IMG/VR virus record: IMGVR_UViG_3300009182_000002
Coordinates: 1-64,000 of that record
DNA: 64,000 nucleotides
Source of the DNA: a virus
Strand: one strand, 5' to 3'
Part shown: one piece after another, positions 37,474 through 45,848 of the stretch
Layout: each line of letters opens with the position of its first letter
Numbering within the stretch: the first letter of the stretch is position 1
Notes under the pieces: model-generated
Told to the model about the DNA's origin: nothing
Seen by the model: the letters and a program-made list of their open reading frames with translations, nothing else
Databases searched by the model: none
Translations under genes and position numbers: made by a program

Positions 37474-37506
37474 AACCCAGCAGGCCCCAAAGGGGCCTGC
37501 TGGGTT
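37474..37506 (+). terminator. 15 bp hairpin after the vWA gene
   Basis: aacccagcaggcccc-aaa-ggggcctgctgggtt. Confidence 0.7.
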
Positions 37507-37534
37507 GCTTCCCAACACAAGCAATTACCAACCC

Positions 37535-37578
37535 CAGCGCGACTAGCAGCCACCCCGGTGCAAGGCCGGGGCGCGCAC
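37535..37578 (+). repeat. 44 bp tRNA-minihelix-like element, copy 1
   Basis: identical to 38595-38638. Confidence 0.85.
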
Positions 37579-37610
37579 TGGTGCGACGAGCGCACCTAGC
37601 AACGAGAGGA

Positions 37611-37808
37611 ATGCCAATGCCCGAGATCAACGCCACCTACACCGTCGATGTTGACGGCACCCTTCACATCACACACCGCGAGTGCGGCGTCGTTCAAGAA
37701 GTCAAGCCGGTGCGCGAGTTCGCTGACGGCACCTGCTCGTTCGGTTCCGATGCCGACGTGTGCCTCGCCTGCGAGAACGAGGGTCGCCCGGCGACCCTCA
37801 ACTACTAG
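37611..37808 (+). CDS. small zinc-binding protein
   Basis: HREC..CLAC; GAGAGGA RBS. Confidence 0.55.
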   Translation: MPMPEINATYTVDVDGTLHITHRECGVVQEVKPVREFADGTCSFGSDADVCLACENEGRPATLNY

Positions 37809-37953
37809 GGGGCTGGCTCATGCTGCACAGCGCACGATCCCGAGCCCACCACGGCCATCGCGGTTGCTACTGCTGCGACTGGCCCGTAAGCAACCGCACA
37901 CTTCGCCAGCGCGAGAGGCGCGCTTGGCAACGACAGATTGAGAGGGAGTACGC

Positions 37954-38199
37954 ATGACCCACATCCCGGCGCAGGACGCCAACAACGCAACCGTCATCCG
38001 GTTGCTTGAGGAGATCGCCTCGCTTCAAGCAACCATCGACTCGCTCATCCCACGCGAGGACCCCGAGGTTCGGGCCGAGCGTTACCGCACCACGGCGAGC
38101 GACCGCTTCCAGTACAGCGACGGCGCTGACGCTGTCGGCTTCCATCTTGAGCGCATGTCCGCGCCCGACTACGACCCCTACTACGACGAGAGGTACTGA
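37954..38199 (+). CDS. hypothetical protein
   Basis: GGGAG RBS, ATGA overlap. Confidence 0.65.
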   Translation: MTHIPAQDANNATVIRLLEEIASLQATIDSLIPREDPEVRAERYRTTASDRFQYSDGADAVGFHLERMSAPDYDPYYDERY

Positions 38200-38201
38200 C
38201 C

Positions 38202-38513
38202 ATGACCACGATCACCATCACCATCCCGACCGACCTCGCAGACGCCATCGCAGATGCGCTGACCAAGTGCGTGCTGCGGGCCAGCGCTGACGCTGAACGG
38301 ACTGTCGCAGGGCCAGCGTACGAGCGAGCAGAAGAGGCAACCCGGTACTTCGGGGACGCGCTCGTCGCCTTCAACTACGCCCGCGACATTGACCCTCTAG
38401 CGCGAGAGTGCGGGGCATGCGGTGCGGAGTCAGGCGAGGACTGCCGGTGGCACTGCACCGCGCGGCCCGACGATGACAACGTGCCCAACACAAGCAATCT
38501 CATCGACGCTTAG
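38202..38513 (+). CDS. hypothetical protein with C-terminal zinc finger
   Basis: CGACGAESGEDCRWHC. Confidence 0.65.
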   Translation: MTTITITIPTDLADAIADALTKCVLRASADAERTVAGPAYERAEEATRYFGDALVAFNYARDIDPLARECGACGAESGEDCRWHCTARPDDDNVPNTSNLIDA

Positions 38514-38594
38514 GGCTTGGCTTACCCACTGCGGTTGTCCAAGAATGTTGTCGGAGGCAGGAATACCAAGATCAACTAAGGGTGTTGCCACACT

Positions 38595-38638
38595 CAGCGC
38601 GACTAGCAGCCACCCCGGTGCAAGGCCGGGGCGCGCAC
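38595..38638 (+). repeat. 44 bp tRNA-minihelix-like element, copy 2
   Basis: identical to 37535-37578. Confidence 0.85.
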
Positions 38639-38683
38639 GCTCACGACGAACCGTTCGTCGTATGTAGCCAAAGGAGGGCCAAC

Positions 38684-38968
38684 ATGGCCGAGTACATCTT
38701 CATTGAGGAAGAACCGCAGGTTAGTTCAGGACCACGCCTCAACCACCAGCAGGTCACGCTCGCGCGTCGTGTGCGTGACGCAGGCGGCTGGGTTGCCGTC
38801 ATTCGCTTCGACAAGAAGTCGGCGGCGAACGTCGCGGCCTCCCGCATCCGTCGCGGCAACGCGGCGTCGTGGGCGTACGTCGGCACCTTCGACACCAAGG
38901 TCGGCCAGCGCCCCGGCGAGTCCGAGTGGACCGTCTACGCGCTCTACACCGGAGAGGCAAGCAACTGA
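38684..38968 (+). CDS. hypothetical protein, paralogue of 40284-40616
   Basis: AAAGGAGG RBS; GWVAV..A.RI..G..A.W..VGTFD..V..VYA. Confidence 0.75.
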   Translation: MAEYIFIEEEPQVSSGPRLNHQQVTLARRVRDAGGWVAVIRFDKKSAANVAASRIRRGNAASWAYVGTFDTKVGQRPGESEWTVYALYTGEASN

Positions 38969-39489
38969 TGACTACCACCAACCAACCCACCGTTGACGAG
39001 CAGCGCGCACAGGTCTTGGCTGACAACCCCGGCCTTGACAAGGCGTTGACAACCAACCACCACATCGTTGAGGACATCTCCGCCCGCTTCGCTGCGACCG
39101 GTCGCCTTTCCGAGAAGCAGATCGCGCTCGTCTTCAAACTCGCCAAGCAAGACGCTGCCGCTAAGCAGCGTGAGGCTGAGCGCGAGGTAGCAGACATGCT
39201 GGTCCGCGAGTCTGGCATCACCATCACCCCCGGCAAGCAGGTCATCTTCGGAAGCGTCGTGTCTCTCAACCTGAAGGACAGCGGCTTCGGCCCGACGTGG
39301 AAGATGATCGTTGAGCACCCCAGCGGTCTGAAGTACTGGGGCACCGTCCCTAGCAACCTCGTCGGTGCTCTTGCCAAGGGTGATCAAGTTGAGTTCACCG
39401 CAACCGTGTCGGTCTCCGACAACGATCCAAAACCCATCTTCGGGTTCTACAAGCGCCCGACCAACGCCGCACTTATCAAGTCGGCCTGA
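38968..39489 (+). CDS. hypothetical protein, C-terminal OB-fold-like
   Basis: GRLSEKQIA, KYWGTVP, FGFYKRPT. Confidence 0.7.
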   Translation: MTTTNQPTVDEQRAQVLADNPGLDKALTTNHHIVEDISARFAATGRLSEKQIALVFKLAKQDAAAKQREAEREVADMLVRESGITITPGKQVIFGSVVSLNLKDSGFGPTWKMIVEHPSGLKYWGTVPSNLVGALAKGDQVEFTATVSVSDNDPKPIFGFYKRPTNAALIKSA

Positions 39490-39505
39490 CAAGGAGGAAC
39501 ACAGA

Positions 39506-39859
39506 ATGATTGACAAGAAGCAGGTAGTGATTCCAATTACCGTTGATGCCGCCGAGTTCTGGTCGGCCATCTTCGGAGCCGAGCCGTTCATCTGGCCATG
39601 GTGGGTCAAGGTGGACTACGCCGAGGGCTGCGACTGGGAGACCCCCGGCGAGGTCACCATCACCGTCGCTGACCCCGACGACGCTGAGGACAGCACGACC
39701 AAGACCCTCACGCTTGAGGATCTTGTCGCCGCGTACCTCATCGCGCTGGAGCAGTATCCGCGTTCTGTTGGCGTCGGCTGGGAGACCCCCGACTTCGACT
39801 CTGAGAGCAGCGACCTCATCCTCCAGATCGCAGTGCAGGGTGAGGTGGTGTTCGGATGA
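39506..39859 (+). CDS. acidic hypothetical protein
   Basis: AAGGAGG RBS; C-terminal D..D.ILQIAVQGEVVFG. Confidence 0.7.
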   Translation: MIDKKQVVIPITVDAAEFWSAIFGAEPFIWPWWVKVDYAEGCDWETPGEVTITVADPDDAEDSTTKTLTLEDLVAAYLIALEQYPRSVGVGWETPDFDSESSDLILQIAVQGEVVFG

Positions 39860-40283
39860 GCATCTGCCAATGGTTCGCCTTGTGCGACCGAGAGGCCACG
39901 CAGTCTGTCCCTCACCCCGTGCTGGGTGATGTCCCGACGTGCGACCGCTGCGCGTCGTTCGCCAATGGGGGTGCCTGACATGGAGCAGGTCATCAACATC
40001 GACTTCACAGACCTTGACGACGCTTACCACAAGATCGTCAAGTTGCTAGTAGACAACGGAATGGTTGACCGGGAGGCGCGCGTTTCGGCGCGCTTCCTGC
40101 TCGCCGGAGTGGAGGACAAGTGAGACTCACAACCCGAGGCTGGGTCTGCCTGTGGACGTTGGTATGCGTGCTTGCTATCGCTGTCAACGCTGCTTTCGCA
40201 GACAAGCAGGTCGAGTGCCGCGTCGAGAACCTCTCGACATGCCACATAACAACAACCGCTAACAACATCGGAGGCAACTAACA

Positions 40284-40616
40284 ATGACTGTCAAGCACAT
40301 CTTTGAAGTCGGCGACCCGACGTCCAACACAAGCGCATCAATCTTCGCTCTCAACCAAGAGACCATCCAAACAGCAGAGCGAGTGGCCGCAGCCGATGGC
40401 TGGGTGGCTGTGCTGGAGTACCCCGAGCCTGAGCGCAGTACGGCAGCAACCACAGCGCACCGGATCAAGCACGGCAAGAGCGCCGCGTGGAACAGCGTGG
40501 GCACCTTTGACGCCACAGTGCGGAAGACCAACTGGGGAACCGTGAAGGTCTACGCACGCTGCATCACTCGCTGGAGTGATCGTGATGACCCTTCAATCGC
40601 ACCATGGGATAGGTGA
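40284..40616 (+). CDS. hypothetical protein, paralogue of 38684-38968
   Basis: GGAGG RBS; shared motifs. Confidence 0.75.
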   Translation: MTVKHIFEVGDPTSNTSASIFALNQETIQTAERVAAADGWVAVLEYPEPERSTAATTAHRIKHGKSAAWNSVGTFDATVRKTNWGTVKVYARCITRWSDRDDPSIAPWDR

Positions 40617-40623
40617 TGTACCG

Positions 40624-41043
40624 ATGCAGACATTCCTGCCGTACGCAGACTTCGTTGACAGCGCCAAGGTGCTAGACAGACAACGCCTTGGCAAGCAACG
40701 AGTTGAGGCCTACCAGATTCTTCGCACGCTTCGGGGTGAGTCCAACGGCTGGTCTCATCACCCGGCAACCCGCATGTGGAAGGAACACACTCAAGCGCTC
40801 GCCGCGTATGGGTTCGTAGTGTGCAGCGAGTGGATAGCCCGTGGTTATAAAGACAACCTGCGTCTCTACTTCGCGCAGCGTCTGGCGCAGCCCAAGGCTC
40901 TTGTCATGCCTGAGTGGTTAGGTGATGAGGCTTTCCACCTGTCACACCAGAGCAACCTCGTTCGTAAAGACCCGCAGCACTACGGCGCGTTCTTCCCTGA
41001 CGTACCGTCTGACCTTCCCTATGTCTGGCCCATCTGGGCCTGA
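40624..41043 (+). CDS. pyrimidine-dimer DNA glycosylase / MSMEG_6728 family
   Basis: MQTFLPY.DF..SAKVLDRQRLGKQRVE..HPATRMW..SHQSNL.RKDP.HY..LPYVWP. Confidence 0.88.
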   Translation: MQTFLPYADFVDSAKVLDRQRLGKQRVEAYQILRTLRGESNGWSHHPATRMWKEHTQALAAYGFVVCSEWIARGYKDNLRLYFAQRLAQPKALVMPEWLGDEAFHLSHQSNLVRKDPQHYGAFFPDVPSDLPYVWPIWA

Positions 41044-41138
41044 CGCGCACCACCAGCCGTGAAGTAGGGGCAACAAGGCCCTGACGCCACACCGCTCGCA
41101 GGAGAGGGCACGGCAACGATCCCTTAGGAGGGGACAGC

Positions 41139-41579
41139 ATGGAGACAACCATCTACAACGGCCCTGCCCGATTCATTGGATACCGTGGTCGCGAGTGCAA
41201 GACCGACCGCATCCGCGAGGTCGTGATCCAACTGTCTGACGGCACGCTCCACACCGAGTACTTCTGTGAGCAGTGCGACTATCGCGCGGCTAAGTCCGCG
41301 TCGGTGCGCGGTCACTTGTCGCTGCACCCACTGCCGGGTAAGCCCCGCAGTGGCCGTCCTGTCGGGTCGCGCAAGCGCTCGCGCCACAGCGACGAGGTCA
41401 ACGAGGCGATTGAGCGCGAGATCGCTCGTCGTGTTGAGCGAGAGTTGCAGCGCGGTGCAAGCAAGCGCTCGCTGGAGCGAGAGGTTGCTAGGCAGAGGTT
41501 GGCGGAGGTTCGCCGCGAGAACCGCGAACTTCGCAAGCGCCTCAAGAACATCCGGGCAGCCATCGTTGGCAACGTTTAG
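41139..41579 (+). CDS. C2H2 zinc-finger/coiled-coil protein
   Basis: YFCEQCDY..GHLSLH followed by a coiled coil. Confidence 0.7.
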   Translation: METTIYNGPARFIGYRGRECKTDRIREVVIQLSDGTLHTEYFCEQCDYRAAKSASVRGHLSLHPLPGKPRSGRPVGSRKRSRHSDEVNEAIEREIARRVERELQRGASKRSLEREVARQRLAEVRRENRELRKRLKNIRAAIVGNV

Positions 41580-41861
41580 CAATTCCTAACAACAGGCGTG
41601 GCCCCGGCCTGACACCTACGGGGCACTTCCGAATGTCAGACCCATCTGCAACACTTCGTTCACACCTAACACCTTGGAGGGGAATCCGGTGGATCACACC
41701 ATCAACGTCGGAAAGACCAGCAAGTGGGAGACAACGCACGCCTACCGCATGCGTTGCTCATGCGGAGCAGCGTCCTACGTCCACACGCGCAAAGACGCTA
41801 ACAAAAGCGCGCGCGAACATCTCGCTCATGTTGAGAAGCGCGCTGCTGCCGAGGTGAAGCC

Positions 41862-42035
41862 ATGAAGGTTTGCCCAGAGTGCAGCGGGCGCGGCTATCAC
41901 TACATGCCGGGCCCAACTCCTGACGACATTGACGCCGAGGGTTGCCAAGACTGTCGTGGCACCGGCATCCAGTTTCTAACCACTAACCGTATTGCACCGC
42001 CCGTTGATTACGACCCCGATGAAAAGGAGGACTAG
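41862..42035 (+). CDS. DnaJ-type CxxCxGxG zinc-finger peptide
   Basis: MKVCPECSGRG..CQDCRGTG; below the ORF-track cutoff. Confidence 0.6.
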   Translation: MKVCPECSGRGYHYMPGPTPDDIDAEGCQDCRGTGIQFLTTNRIAPPVDYDPDEKED

Positions 42036-42039
42036 CACC

Positions 42040-42378
42040 ATGCACGATGAAGACACCGAGTTTGAACCGACTGCTTACGAGATTGTGCATTGCATGCACG
42101 AGGACAACGAGCCAGTTGTTCACCTGACGCTGTCTTACGCCGAGGTCAGTCTCATTGCCATGGCGTTGACAGAGTTCGTTCCCGGCGAGATTGAGCGCGC
42201 CCGCCTTCAATTCCTCAAGAGCGACGACCCATCGCTCAAGGCTTCGCTCTGCCGCATCGCGGGGTACGGAGAAGCCGCCCTCATTCAATGGCAGGAGATG
42301 GAGGAGGTCATGGCTGAGCCGATGGCCGAGTACATCGACTGGCATGAGTGGACGCATGAGATGGAGGCCGAGGCGTGA
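42040..42378 (+). CDS. acidic hypothetical protein
   Basis: AAGGAGG RBS. Confidence 0.65.
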   Translation: MHDEDTEFEPTAYEIVHCMHEDNEPVVHLTLSYAEVSLIAMALTEFVPGEIERARLQFLKSDDPSLKASLCRIAGYGEAALIQWQEMEEVMAEPMAEYIDWHEWTHEMEAEA

Positions 42379-42617
42379 ACGCCCCGTCCTTCGACGGCTC
42401 CCAGCCGTGCGCGCAGTCGGGTGGGGACTCATGGTTCCCCGATGACAACTCGTCTTTCACGACAGAGAACAGGATCGCCGCTGCTCTCTGCCAGACATGT
42501 CAGTTCAGAGTTCCTTGCTTGGAGTACGCCGTTGCTAACAACGTCGATGGCATCTGGGGAGGCACCACCCGCAATGACCGAAACGCTATTAAGCGGCAAA
42601 GGCGAGGTTCCGCATGA
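42375..42617 (+). CDS. whiB: WhiB-family transcription factor
   Basis: C..WFP..CQTC..CLEYA..GIWGGTT..R. Confidence 0.9.
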   Translation: MNAPSFDGSQPCAQSGGDSWFPDDNSSFTTENRIAAALCQTCQFRVPCLEYAVANNVDGIWGGTTRNDRNAIKRQRRGSA

Positions 42618-42913
42618 CCGCCGCCCGCGCAAGGTTGCAGGACTACCTGAAGCCCGGTCGTTCCGCGTGGAGCGATGACTACCACAACTCGCCTCACGCG
42701 AACACAGATGAAGGGTGTGTGGTGTGTGGCAAGCGCACGACTCCTGAGAAGCGGATTGTGGTCTGCCTGACAGGTGGTGGCGACGTGCTGGTGCGTCCAG
42801 AGGATGAGGAGCGTGAGGAGCGTGAGGACGCCGATGGTGGCTTCATGGGCCGCTGGTCGGTTGGGCCTGAATGTGGCCGAGCCATCCCGCAGGAATACAG
42901 GGTGTCAGCATGA
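42614..42913 (+). CDS. hypothetical zinc-binding protein
   Basis: CVVCGK..VGPECGR. Confidence 0.65.
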   Translation: MTAARARLQDYLKPGRSAWSDDYHNSPHANTDEGCVVCGKRTTPEKRIVVCLTGGGDVLVRPEDEEREEREDADGGFMGRWSVGPECGRAIPQEYRVSA

Positions 42914-43089
42914 CCGATCCCTATCCGCCACCGCCTCGCAAGAGAGGTGACCCGGTCACCCGTCTTGGTTGGTGCGTTGATAACCACCACGACGAATGCC
43001 CGGTGAAGGCGGGTAGGGATCAAGAGTGGGTGTGCGAGTGTCCTTGCCATCCCGTTGCCAAGAAGAAGAAGACCCGGAAGACCGGCTAG
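42910..43089 (+). CDS. small Cys/His-rich protein
   Basis: GWC..HHDECP..CECPCH. Confidence 0.6.
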   Translation: MTDPYPPPPRKRGDPVTRLGWCVDNHHDECPVKAGRDQEWVCECPCHPVAKKKKTRKTG

Positions 43090-43105
43090 ACTTCGTAGCC
43101 ACACT

Positions 43106-43200
43106 GTGAAAGAGCGACTGGGGCACGCCAGTATCACGACAACAGAGCAGTACCTCCACCGGATGCGGATGGAGGATGACAACATCAGCAGTGTCATCGG
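43106..43200 (+). pseudogene. tyrosine recombinase C-terminal remnant
   Basis: VKERLGHASITTTEQYLH, with the rest of the catalytic domain missing. Confidence 0.75.
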
Positions 43201-43227
43201 GACCTGCTGTCAGACAAGGAGTAACGA

Positions 43228-43461
43228 ATGGCCACCAAGCCCGTCTGCCCACGCTGTGGGCACTTCATTCCCAACGACGAACAGCCGGGGGCCTACCCCG
43301 GCGCTCTGAGCCGAGCGGACAACGAGACTGAGGTCTGCTCCGACTGCGGCACCCATGAGGCGCTGGAGCAGTTCTTCAACGCCAACGGGGATCACCGCCC
43401 CACTCCTGTCAGCCAGTGGCCTGTCACGGAGTACCGTCCCCTGTTTACTGCTCTTCACTAG
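43228..43461 (+). CDS. zinc-finger hypothetical protein
   Basis: CPRCG..GALSR.DN.TEVCSDCG..EA. Confidence 0.75.
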   Translation: MATKPVCPRCGHFIPNDEQPGAYPGALSRADNETEVCSDCGTHEALEQFFNANGDHRPTPVSQWPVTEYRPLFTALH

Positions 43462-43565
43462 ACCAGAACGACCGTAAGCCGTGAGTGCGTGGGAAACCGA
43501 CTCTCAACCCTAACCACGGCAGCGTGAGGCGAGGCACCCCCTTTCTACCTCGTTGATCACGCAGA

Positions 43566-43600
43566 GAAGCCCCCGGCCTGAACACTAGGCCGGGGGCTTC
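43566..43600. terminator. hairpin between converging transcription units
   Basis: gaagcccccggcctg-aacac-taggccgggggcttc. Confidence 0.75.
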
Positions 43601-43658
43601 CCTCATCGACTGTACTGCTGGAGCCTCAGTGCTACATCGTCCACCGTCATGTAGGGCG

Positions 43659-45677
43659 TCAATTCAACGGCACCTCACAAGCATCGGTCGTGCAGTAGGC
43701 CTCTCCAACTGCGTCTAGGGCGTTGCCCTTGTAGACGCTGTTTAGATTGATCTTCTTCAACTTCCGCTTCCAAGCGTCGTACTCGTCTTTGCTGATCTGG
43801 GTGTAGGGCTGCTGCGGATAGACCTTGTTACCCATTGGCAAGAACGAGACGGTCTTAAGCCGACCCTCGTACATGTGGAGCACAGTGCCGACATGCTTTG
43901 CCTCTGTCTCAGAGTCGAACGACAGGGTGACGCTGACGCTGTTGTCAGACCAGTATTGCTGGGCCAACGCGGCGAGGTTCGCTTTCTCAAACAGCGACAC
44001 GTCCTTCTCCGCGCGCACGGGAACGCTCTTCACTGGGAAGTAGACCACCGACGTGTTGGAGTCAGTCACAGCGTCTTCCACCGCGTAACCGGCGTCGATG
44101 AACTTGGCGACCATGGGGTCGCTTTTGGCAAACCGGATGGCCCGCAGAACATGCTCGCCACCGGGGGGCCAGTGGACGCCCGGTGTCTCACCCGCGAGGA
44201 TGCTCACCGTTCCCGAGGGTTTGACTGTCGTGGTCTTGATCGACTCACGGACGCAGAGCCACTCCGAGTAGATGGAGTCCCAGCGCTGGACCTCGCCGTA
44301 GCCGGTGTCGAGCCACTCCCTAAGCAACGGGAGTGAGCGGGAGTCCGCGAAGCCTGCGAGTCCCGAGACGCTCGTGCCGATGCGGCGGTTGCGCTGCATG
44401 ATCGCGTTGGTAGTGGGCCAGTGCGTTGGAATGAGAGTCACGGTCTTGGCGTAGAGGTAAGCAAACTTGAGAGTCCTCAAGAAATCCTTGAGGTCGTCAT
44501 GCCTATTGATATACGTCTCTACCAACGTGCAGCACTCGTATGACTCCAACGACTGCTCAGCGCAAGGGTTGTAACCGGCTACGCGATAGTCCTTGTTGTT
44601 AACGGGATCGTTCAAGCGACCGTACTTGCGAGATACATCCAGCCAGATGAAACCCGGCTCACCATTCAAAGCAATGTTCTCAACGAACGGCGAGTAGTCC
44701 ATACCAACGGTTGCTTCCAATGAGTTGTTAGACATCCAACCCCATCCCGGATTGTCTGGGGAGTAGGAGTTTCGTTCGGGGAAGGTTTCCGGATTCTTTA
44801 AATTCACGAAGTCGTTGTCAACGGGCTTGCCAAGAGCGAGTTCGGCAGAGCGACGCACGTTGCCGGAGACCACGCAGACGCCGATCAGGTTGGCGATGTC
44901 AACGATGGTCTTGCTATCAAGAGTCTTGCCAACCATCGGATCGAGAACCGCGCGCAACTTGGTGTGCAGTCGGATCAACGGCTCGGGACCTGCCGCCGTA
45001 CCTCCGAAGGTCTTGATCGGTTCACCCGCAGGACGAATCAATCCGTAGTCGAAGACGTACGTTGGCTGGTTGTTCTTGAGGTATGAGTCCAGCAGCATGC
45101 CGACGCTCTCCACCCAGCCCTCACGGGTGTCGGGGATGACGAAGTCCACCTTGTTGTCAGTGGGGTGGCTGACCTCAATGGCACGGCTCACACCATTTGT
45201 GTCGAAGCCGACCCCGATCCCCAGCATGCTCGCCTCCATGAGGAACAGGAACGGGGCGCTTGGGTTGTTCTTGGTCATGTCAGCGGTAGAGACGAAAGCG
45301 CAGTTCTGGAGCGCGGCGCTGTTGCGTCCCTCCATCACCAACGGAGTGCCCATCATCCACAGACCACGACCGGGAGGCGTCCACTTCAGATTGAAGAGGC
45401 GGTCGAATGCTTCCTGAGCACTGGCCTGCGCTTGGTGCCCGTTCCATGGGAGACGGTTCTCCTTGCAGTGGTCTTTCTGGATGCTGTACATGCCGTTGAT
45501 AACACGTTCGCACACATCGACCCACGTCTCCTTGGAGCCGTCCTCCTTCAGGCGCGAGTACGTTCGCATGAAGGTGATCTCACCAACGCTGTTGCCAGCC
45601 ACGTCGGTGTACCCCCACGGCACAGGCTGGGTTCGGTAGTACGAGACGAAGTCATCCGTCAGTCGAAACGAAAACAA
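43659..45677 (-). CDS. nrdJ: class II (B12-dependent, RTPR-type) ribonucleotide reductase
   Basis: PPGRGLW, LQNCAF, GNVRRSA, NPCAEQ, TTVKPSGT, C-terminal CTTDAC. Confidence 0.93.
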   Translation of the reverse strand: MFSFRLTDDFVSYYRTQPVPWGYTDVAGNSVGEITFMRTYSRLKEDGSKETWVDVCERVINGMYSIQKDHCKENRLPWNGHQAQASAQEAFDRLFNLKWTPPGRGLWMMGTPLVMEGRNSAALQNCAFVSTADMTKNNPSAPFLFLMEASMLGIGVGFDTNGVSRAIEVSHPTDNKVDFVIPDTREGWVESVGMLLDSYLKNNQPTYVFDYGLIRPAGEPIKTFGGTAAGPEPLIRLHTKLRAVLDPMVGKTLDSKTIVDIANLIGVCVVSGNVRRSAELALGKPVDNDFVNLKNPETFPERNSYSPDNPGWGWMSNNSLEATVGMDYSPFVENIALNGEPGFIWLDVSRKYGRLNDPVNNKDYRVAGYNPCAEQSLESYECCTLVETYINRHDDLKDFLRTLKFAYLYAKTVTLIPTHWPTTNAIMQRNRRIGTSVSGLAGFADSRSLPLLREWLDTGYGEVQRWDSIYSEWLCVRESIKTTTVKPSGTVSILAGETPGVHWPPGGEHVLRAIRFAKSDPMVAKFIDAGYAVEDAVTDSNTSVVYFPVKSVPVRAEKDVSLFEKANLAALAQQYWSDNSVSVTLSFDSETEAKHVGTVLHMYEGRLKTVSFLPMGNKVYPQQPYTQISKDEYDAWKRKLKKINLNSVYKGNALDAVGEAYCTTDACEVPLN

Positions 45678-45848
45678 AGGTAGTCCTCCTCATTGACATC
45701 AGTGGGTAGGTCGAAGGTACCAGTTGGTAAGCCGCGCGGACAACCGCCTGACTCAAGTTCAAGTACCGTTTTAATCGAGATCACCAAGTACGCAGGGCCC
45801 AAATCGAAGGAGATCCTGTTCCACGCCCTTGGCAAGCCTTGTTAGCAA

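Noticed and set aside
37535-38638. 44 bp repeats as a CRISPR array or IS ends
   Set aside because: Only two direct copies 1060 bp apart with ordinary genes between; no transposase
41593-41640. Possible pseudoknot ribozyme (pistol/HDV-like)
   Set aside because: A hairpin and a possible loop pairing exist, but conserved catalytic nucleotides could not be matched
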